Shown: in pieces, positions 45,836-51,776 of the stretch
Numbering within the stretch: the stretch's first letter is position 1
How the letters are laid out: every line of letters begins with the position of its first letter
Assembly (NCBI GenBank): GCA_019057635.1
Contig: DXJL01000199.1
Coordinates: 1-51,776, forward strand
Direction: 5' to 3'
From: Candidatus Heimdallarchaeota archaeon
GTDB taxonomy: Archaea > Asgardarchaeota > Heimdallarchaeia > Hodarchaeales > Hodarchaeaceae
DNA: 51,776 nt
Position numbers and translations under genes: made by a program
Notes under the pieces: generated by a model
Told to the model about the DNA's origin: nothing
The model's input: only the letters and a program-made list of their open reading frames with translations
Databases searched by the model: none

Positions 45836-47332
45836 GTGGATTCTAATCAGATAATCATCCAATTGAAAGATGTAAACTTTCAATATTCTGATTCTCAACC
45901 CAGTGTTATTTCAAATTTTTGTTTAAAGATTCAAAAGGGAGAATTTATCGTAATTACTGGAAAGAGTGGTAGTGGAAAATCAACACTGGCATTAATATTA
46001 AGTGGATTTATTCCGCATCTAGTTGGGGGAAAATTCGAAGGTGAAGTTTCCTATCAAGGTATAGAAACCCAGACATTAACTTTAGGTGAAATTAGTCAAC
46101 TAGTTGGATTAGTACATCAAGATCCAGAAAACCAAATTGTAACCTCAAACGTTTTGGAAGAACTTGCTTTCGGGCCAGAAAACTTAAACCTCTCCAAGAA
46201 AGAAATTACTAAACGAATAAAGTTTTGCTTATCAGCAACGAATTTACATGAATTCATTTCCAGGTCAACCGATGAACTTTCGGGAGGAGAAAAGCAAAGA
46301 GTGGCCCTTGCCTCTTTACTTGCAATGGGAGGATCTGTGTTAATTCTAGATGAACCAACATCCTATCTAGATTTGGTAAATAGGACACAAGTACTGAAAA
46401 CACTTCAGAGCTTAAACTTGTTACAAGAAATGACAATAATTGTTATAGATCATCAACCAGAAATTTATAAGGATCTATTAACAAGACTAATCGAACTTGA
46501 TGAAGGTAGGATTAGTGGAGATTATATTGAGGATGAGATCGATTTTTTTCCATACCAAGTTCCATTAGAATCTCTAGAAAGTATCCGAGACCTTTCCGCT
46601 ATCAATCCAATGACGAGTGTTATTAAAACAAAGAACTATAGTGTTTTTATTAAAAAAAAAAGGATTTTATCCAATATATCTTTGAACCTCTATTCTGGTC
46701 TAATTTATGGGATAATTGGTCGGAATGGATCAGGAAAAACTACATTTGCTAACTCTCTTTTGAATTTACTTATAACAAAAGGAGATGTATCAATTTTAGG
46801 CGAAAATTCAACAAAAATCCCGACATATAAGTTAGCAAAGGATTGTGGATTGATCTTTCAAAATCCCAATCATCAAATTTTTGAACAAACTGTAGAGAAA
46901 GAATTACTTTTCGCACCTCTAAACCTGAATTTAGATTCTCAAATTACTGCTGCAAAAGTAAATCAACTTCTATGTGATTCATCATTACAACAATACACAA
47001 ATTATCCTCCATTCGGTTTATCATTTGGTGAAAAACGAAGATTGACGGTTATTTCCGTAGATGTTTATACACCATCAATATTGATTTTGGATGAACCCTT
47101 TATCGGTCAGGATCGCTATAATTTTGAATTTATATTGAAAATCTTAGAGAAGAGAAAAAAGAATGGATTAATATCAATTATTATCTCTCATCGAAAAGAA
47201 TTATTTAATTTGGTTGATAAGTTCATAGTTTTCGATGAGGGGCGTCTAATAGCAGAAGGAAGTCCAGAGGATCTTGTACCATTACTCAAGAACAAGCTAT
47301 TATATCCAATATCACCTGAGGTTTTGTGTTGA
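45836..47332 (+). CDS. ECF transporter ATPase, fused A-A' double ABC domain
   Basis: GKSGSGKS, QDPENQ, LSGGEKQR, LDEPT; second domain GRNGSGKT, QNPNHQ, LSFGEKRR, LDEPF. Confidence 0.93.
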   Translation: MDSNQIIIQLKDVNFQYSDSQPSVISNFCLKIQKGEFIVITGKSGSGKSTLALILSGFIPHLVGGKFEGEVSYQGIETQTLTLGEISQLVGLVHQDPENQIVTSNVLEELAFGPENLNLSKKEITKRIKFCLSATNLHEFISRSTDELSGGEKQRVALASLLAMGGSVLILDEPTSYLDLVNRTQVLKTLQSLNLLQEMTIIVIDHQPEIYKDLLTRLIELDEGRISGDYIEDEIDFFPYQVPLESLESIRDLSAINPMTSVIKTKNYSVFIKKKRILSNISLNLYSGLIYGIIGRNGSGKTTFANSLLNLLITKGDVSILGENSTKIPTYKLAKDCGLIFQNPNHQIFEQTVEKELLFAPLNLNLDSQITAAKVNQLLCDSSLQQYTNYPPFGLSFGEKRRLTVISVDVYTPSILILDEPFIGQDRYNFEFILKILEKRKKNGLISIIISHRKELFNLVDKFIVFDEGRLIAEGSPEDLVPLLKNKLLYPISPEVLC

Positions 47333-48126
47333 AAGATAATTACATCTCTGAAAATTTGGATTGGCCCTCTTTTACAACCCCAACTAGAACTATGAATCCA
47401 GTAATAAAATTTCTAGCAATTATATTAATAGCAATTTACTATTTTATAATTACTGATTTAATTAGAATGTATTCTCTGATTTTTATTGTTCTAATTTACT
47501 ATAATTTCAAATCATTCCCATTTCAAGTGTCAAAACCTAAATATAGGTTTTTGATAATATTTTCCCTTTTGATCTTCTTAGTTCAGGCATTTGCAAACAA
47601 CCAGGGTAAATTAGTATTTTATCTAATTCCAAGGATAATTGAGGTAGGACCTTTCATTCCTATCCATGAAAACGGGTTATTTCTTGGTTTGTTACTTGTG
47701 GGGCGGTTTTGGGGGGTAATAACAATATCATGGGTATTTATTGACTCGACTAATCCATTTGACTTTGCACAGTCACTAACTCAATTAAAAGTCCCATATC
47801 GGCTCGCTTACTCTCTTAGCCTTGCTCTACGTTTTACACCAGTGTTAAACAATGAAATAATGACTATTCGAAATGCTCAACAAACTCGTGGATTAAATAC
47901 CAACCCAAATTCGCTAAAAGGTACGTTCAACCTGTTAAAATTTACTTTATTTCCTATAATAAGTTCAACATTAAGTAGGATCAAAGATATCACATTAAGT
48001 ATGGAAGGAAGAGCATTCGGGTTATATATTGATCGGACCCCTCTAAAAGAGATACCTTTTCGAATTTCTGACATGATGAAATACCTACTGTTGATTATGG
48101 TACTTTGGTTACTTATGATTGTCTAG
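47326..48126 (+). CDS. ECF transporter transmembrane T component (CbiQ/EcfT)
   Basis: NP..K, ALRFTP and the two conserved Arg motifs AQQTRG and MEGRAF. Confidence 0.92.
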   Translation: MLKDNYISENLDWPSFTTPTRTMNPVIKFLAIILIAIYYFIITDLIRMYSLIFIVLIYYNFKSFPFQVSKPKYRFLIIFSLLIFLVQAFANNQGKLVFYLIPRIIEVGPFIPIHENGLFLGLLLVGRFWGVITISWVFIDSTNPFDFAQSLTQLKVPYRLAYSLSLALRFTPVLNNEIMTIRNAQQTRGLNTNPNSLKGTFNLLKFTLFPIISSTLSRIKDITLSMEGRAFGLYIDRTPLKEIPFRISDMMKYLLLIMVLWLLMIV

Positions 48127-48209
48127 GTAGCATACAGAAATAAATTACTTAAATTAATCAGTTTTGTAGTATTAAATAATCAATTTCTTCTATTTTATGC
48201 AAAGAATAG

Positions 48210-48938
48210 GTGAGAGCAATTCAATCACATGGAAAAGACCACCCATCTTCTGATAAACCTTTGATAAAGTGTAGAATAGTTTTGATAGATATTGATAAGC
48301 TCCATGGACATGAACAAGTAGTTGAATCTCAAGTAAATTATTTAAAGACAAATTTACAGCAGTTAGGATATTTTTTTCGACCAATATTAGTTGTGAAAAA
48401 ACATAATGTAGTGTTAGACGGCCATCACCGAATTCAGGCCCTTTTAGAATTAGGAGGAGTAAGAATTCCTTGCATAGAAATTCCTTATCTGAAAAATGAG
48501 GATATAACACTAGCAACATGGTTCCCTATATATACTGGACAATCAGGTAAATTTCCTGGAGAATTGAATAAGCTAAAAATTGAATTTAAACCAGTTACAT
48601 CATTAGATTCTCAATTCTTTTCAAATCCAGATCATGGATTCACTTTATTTGCGAAAAATGGGCAATGGCTATTGAAGGGGAGTCAAAAATCGCTCTATAA
48701 TTTATTTCTTGAATATTATAACACAGAAAAATTCGAGTATGTCAAAACGACCAGTTATGCTATTAATTCAGTGAATAATGGCTATTCTTCCTTTACCTTA
48801 TTACGCAAAACATTAACTAAGCAAGATGTATTAAAGACTGCAGTCTCAGGAAAGGTTTTTGCACCAAAAACTACAAGGCATATACTTTCTTTTCGTTATC
48901 AAGATATTAAAGTACCCCTTGAGAATTTGTTTAATTAA
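48210..48938 (+). CDS. serK: SerK-like L-serine kinase (ParB/Srx fold)
   Basis: HEQVV (catalytic Glu), DGHHR, TWFP, RK..TKQDV, VFAPKTTRH and V.LE.LF match Thermococcales SerK as I recall it, at similar length. Confidence 0.78.
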   Translation: MRAIQSHGKDHPSSDKPLIKCRIVLIDIDKLHGHEQVVESQVNYLKTNLQQLGYFFRPILVVKKHNVVLDGHHRIQALLELGGVRIPCIEIPYLKNEDITLATWFPIYTGQSGKFPGELNKLKIEFKPVTSLDSQFFSNPDHGFTLFAKNGQWLLKGSQKSLYNLFLEYYNTEKFEYVKTTSYAINSVNNGYSSFTLLRKTLTKQDVLKTAVSGKVFAPKTTRHILSFRYQDIKVPLENLFN

Positions 48939-48957
48939 GAACTGATGGTGTGAGCAA

Positions 48958-49548
48958 TTGGATTTAGAACTTATACAAGTTACGGGAACGAAGGGAATAA
49001 TCGAGGGAATGAAAACCTCTCGTCGTAAGAGTGAAATCGAAAATATTTCTCAAAAAGTGTTTAGCTGGGGACATTGGTCTGTACTCGAACATAGTTCGAT
49101 CACGGTAAAAATTTCGGATATTAGTAGAGCATGCACACATCAGCTTGTGAGACACAGGGTTGGAAACTCGTATACTCAAGAATCACAAAGATATTTTGAT
49201 CCTCTCACCGATCCTGATTGGTATGTTATTCCTCCAAGAATTAAAGAGAACAACGTTCTGTTAGAAAAGTATAGGAAAGCTAGAAAGGAGGAGGCTAATG
49301 AGTACAGGTTGTATCGAGAGAATGGAATACCCAAGGAGGATGCGCGTTTCTGTTTACCCAATGCCTGTAAAACAGTCGTTACATGGACTTTCAATATGAG
49401 TAGCTTAATCTGGTTTCTGGAAATGCGAAAAACTAAGGCCGCTCAATGGGAAATCAGGATACTTGCAGAAAAAATTTACAATCTTGTAATGAGCTTACCA
49501 GAATGGGCTGAGTTCCTACAAAATTGGAAACCTGGGCAAAGAAGATAA
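48958..49548 (+). CDS. thyX: FAD-dependent thymidylate synthase
   Basis: GHWSVLEH, ISRACTHQLVRHR...SYTQESQRY, EDARF.LP and AQWEIR motifs. Confidence 0.95.
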   Translation: MDLELIQVTGTKGIIEGMKTSRRKSEIENISQKVFSWGHWSVLEHSSITVKISDISRACTHQLVRHRVGNSYTQESQRYFDPLTDPDWYVIPPRIKENNVLLEKYRKARKEEANEYRLYRENGIPKEDARFCLPNACKTVVTWTFNMSSLIWFLEMRKTKAAQWEIRILAEKIYNLVMSLPEWAEFLQNWKPGQRR

Positions 49549-49721
49549 TCCTATAGGGTTTTTTTAGAAAATTCGACCTTTTTCGTCGTGAATACGAATC
49601 ACAAATGAATCATGAAAATAGAATCCTAAAATCGGGAATATGTAAATTAAGCTACAATTAAAAGCAACAAAATTCTCAATTTGATTGCATTCCTACTTCT
49701 AAAAAAAAGAGGATTGGTGCT

Positions 49722-51287
49722 ATGAATTCTTGCGATAAAGGAACTTTAGAAACAGATTCCAATCTTAAATTGCAAGATTACGGTGAAATTGCCCTCCACA
49801 GTAAAAATCAGTTTGAATTGCGACTTGATTATTCAGTTGATCCACAAGATGATGAAACAAAATTTGAACTTGAATCATATTTTTTTATTCCTCAAAGTTT
49901 CAGGGTAAATCAACAGAACTATTCAAAAGAACGATTTTACGAGGATATGCAGGTTTATATTAGGTTTAATCCTGTTTTAATGACTTTACAGGAAATAATT
50001 AATCCCAAAAATATAATATCTCCTCTAAATCGAGCAGTGAAATTACTGAAAGGTATTTTTGGCGGAGATACGTCTGTAGACACATTAACACAAATTATTC
50101 ACGAATTAAAGATGCTAGCAGTGATTGTTACTGCTAGTATTGAAAAACACACTGAATCAATATGTACACTCCTCCAGATTGAAAATTTAACGAATCAAAA
50201 TCTTCTTGATGCAAAAAAACAAGCAAATTCCTTATTAGAGCAGATTCAGGCATTTAATTTTGCATTTCAGAAGAAAAGAAATGAATTTTTAACCCCATTT
50301 ACTCCTATCGAAGTGAAAGAGACTTTCGATTTTGTTTTAGAATATATTAGTATTTTTATTCAATCTGAATTAACAAAAACTCTCAATTTTCTTACTCAAG
50401 AAATACCATTAAGTGGTGGCTTTACCGATTCAATTGAACTAATTAAAATACTTTTGAAAAAAGAGAGAAATTTTCGATCTGCTTGCGGATTTACTTCAGT
50501 ACTTAACAAAAATGAAGAAAATGAAGAATTTCCTTATCGGTATTCGATTCTTAAGAAATTTGTATCCAATGTATTATATTTGAAGGCTCGACCAGAGCCA
50601 ATCCCGAGAGTGATTAAAGAAATAACCTATGCAACCGCTGCAGGTATAGCAATGTTAATAGCAGTGCTTCTTACTTATTTTGTACAATTATTTTTTGAGG
50701 ATTATACCTTACCTTTTATCACTGCTCTAGTTGTATCTTATATGATTAAAGACCGTTTGAAAGATTGGTTGAAAATTATCTTTGGTCAAGAAGGGAGATA
50801 TAGAAAATCATACGATTATAAATCCACACTTAAAGATAATGAAGGGAATATTATCGGATATTCAAAGGAAGATTTTTGTTTTGTTAAAAAAATTCCTCAA
50901 GATATTATGAATCAAAGAAGTAGCTCTTATTTGACGAAGATCGAAGGAGAGGGTAGACCTGAAAATATAATTAGGTATGTTAAATCAATAAAATTATTCC
51001 CAAAAACGATTTCCAAATATCATACTCGGGTATTAAATACAAGCGATATAATTCGATTTGATGTGACTAATTTCCTTTCCAAAATTGAAGATCCTTATAA
51101 TCTTTATCAATGGTACAATATTGAAAATCAACAGGTTGAACTTATCAATGCCGCAAGAGTCTACCATTTGAATTTTGTTGTGAAATTTACCCATCATAGT
51201 CTGAATGGGAAAATAACTGATATTGATCGTGTAAGATTCATATTAGATAAAAAAGGAATAAAACGGATTGAAACCGAGTTTCTATAA
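49722..51287 (+). CDS. Hypothetical protein with a central two-TM hairpin (521 aa)
   Basis: Long ORF with a soluble helical N-part, TM pair (AAGIAMLIAV.. / ALVVSYMIKDRLK) and beta-rich C-part. Confidence 0.75.
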   Translation: MNSCDKGTLETDSNLKLQDYGEIALHSKNQFELRLDYSVDPQDDETKFELESYFFIPQSFRVNQQNYSKERFYEDMQVYIRFNPVLMTLQEIINPKNIISPLNRAVKLLKGIFGGDTSVDTLTQIIHELKMLAVIVTASIEKHTESICTLLQIENLTNQNLLDAKKQANSLLEQIQAFNFAFQKKRNEFLTPFTPIEVKETFDFVLEYISIFIQSELTKTLNFLTQEIPLSGGFTDSIELIKILLKKERNFRSACGFTSVLNKNEENEEFPYRYSILKKFVSNVLYLKARPEPIPRVIKEITYATAAGIAMLIAVLLTYFVQLFFEDYTLPFITALVVSYMIKDRLKDWLKIIFGQEGRYRKSYDYKSTLKDNEGNIIGYSKEDFCFVKKIPQDIMNQRSSSYLTKIEGEGRPENIIRYVKSIKLFPKTISKYHTRVLNTSDIIRFDVTNFLSKIEDPYNLYQWYNIENQQVELINAARVYHLNFVVKFTHHSLNGKITDIDRVRFILDKKGIKRIETEFL

Positions 51288-51306
51288 ACGTTTTCATGGT
51301 ATTATA

Positions 51307-51498
51307 TCATAATTTATAACCAACAGTCGCATTAACTCGAAGCTGTTCCTCTTCATAAATTGTTTCTGTACCAACCCAACCACCCGATGACGCAATTAAC
51401 ATCATTTTTCCAGTACTAGATTTCTTAGGGTTTATGGGTAATCTAACAATAATTTCACCGTTTTCATTATCTATCTCTATACTAACCATTTTCATCAA
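51307..51498 (-). CDS. Small beta-rich conserved hypothetical protein
   Basis: 63 aa with an S-S-T-G-K-x-x-x-I-A-S-S-G-G motif that I recall from a widespread small-protein family. Confidence 0.65.
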   Translation of the reverse strand: MMKMVSIEIDNENGEIIVRLPINPKKSSTGKMMLIASSGGWVGTETIYEEEQLRVNATVGYKL

Positions 51499-51776
51499 CT
51501 TAATACAATTTTAGCAATCGTGTTACTAATAAAAAAACAGACTTACTTAAATTTATTCATTTTCCATATAGGTTTAGACAATCTAACTTAAAATTATAGC
51601 AAGGACAGAATTTGAACTTGAATGGAGTGCCCATAATTTATCTTATAACAGTGTCTTCATCATTTCTGTTTTGGATTATAACAGAGTTTTACTCAATGTT
51701 ACATTATGATTAAATAAATTTTAAACGTCGTCAAAGTTGGATTTTAAGACGTTTGACAAAATGTCGCATAACCAAC

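Noticed and set aside
48210-48938. ParB chromosome partition protein
   Set aside because: No HTH or parA neighbour; the C-terminal PKTTRH motif and length fit SerK
1569-49394. Numerous short antisense or alternate-frame ORFs (e.g. 1569..1814, 2957..3253, 3760..4149, 10723..11064, 16525..16842, 18933..19283, 20087..20455, 30320..30574, 36072..36398, 48190..48519)
   Set aside because: They lie within or opposite well-supported genes and show no motifs, so they are shadow ORFs
1-51776. tRNA, rRNA, CRISPR arrays and IS elements
   Set aside because: Intergenic gaps are short and AT-rich; by eye I found no cloverleaf, spaced direct repeats or transposase ORF. tRNAscan-SE/Infernal were not run.

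Overview
AT-rich, gene-dense chromosomal segment from an archaeon, most likely an Asgard archaeon (Heimdallarchaeia/Hodarchaeales-like; this is an inference). Archaeal markers are gatD/gatE, a SerK-type serine kinase and a histone fold. Eukaryote-signature proteins include a Rab-like small GTPase, a longin-like domain and a probable integrated ubiquitin-like domain. About 50 CDSs cover housekeeping and metabolism (SufS-type desulfurase, acyl-CoA ligase, ThyX, rubrerythrin, YbaK), transport (AzlCD, PiT+DUF47, ZupT, ECF), signalling (PAS histidine kinase, receiver protein, kinase-like protein) and two apparently orphan adenine methyltransferases, plus several decayed or interrupted genes. I saw no rRNA, tRNA, CRISPR array, transposase or integrase. 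The top candidate for an undescribed system is 35626..36726, one protein joining an H4-like histone fold, a longin-like domain, an acidic region and a polybasic tail. Second is an ECF transporter whose S component carries a Cys-less molybdopterin-oxidoreductase-like extracellular domain. Other candidates are a divergent TFB-like protein, an insert-rich P-loop GTPase-like protein, a catalytically degenerate Mrr/Rpb5-N-like protein and a coiled-coil+UBL protein. All family calls come from motif recognition by eye; no searches were run.
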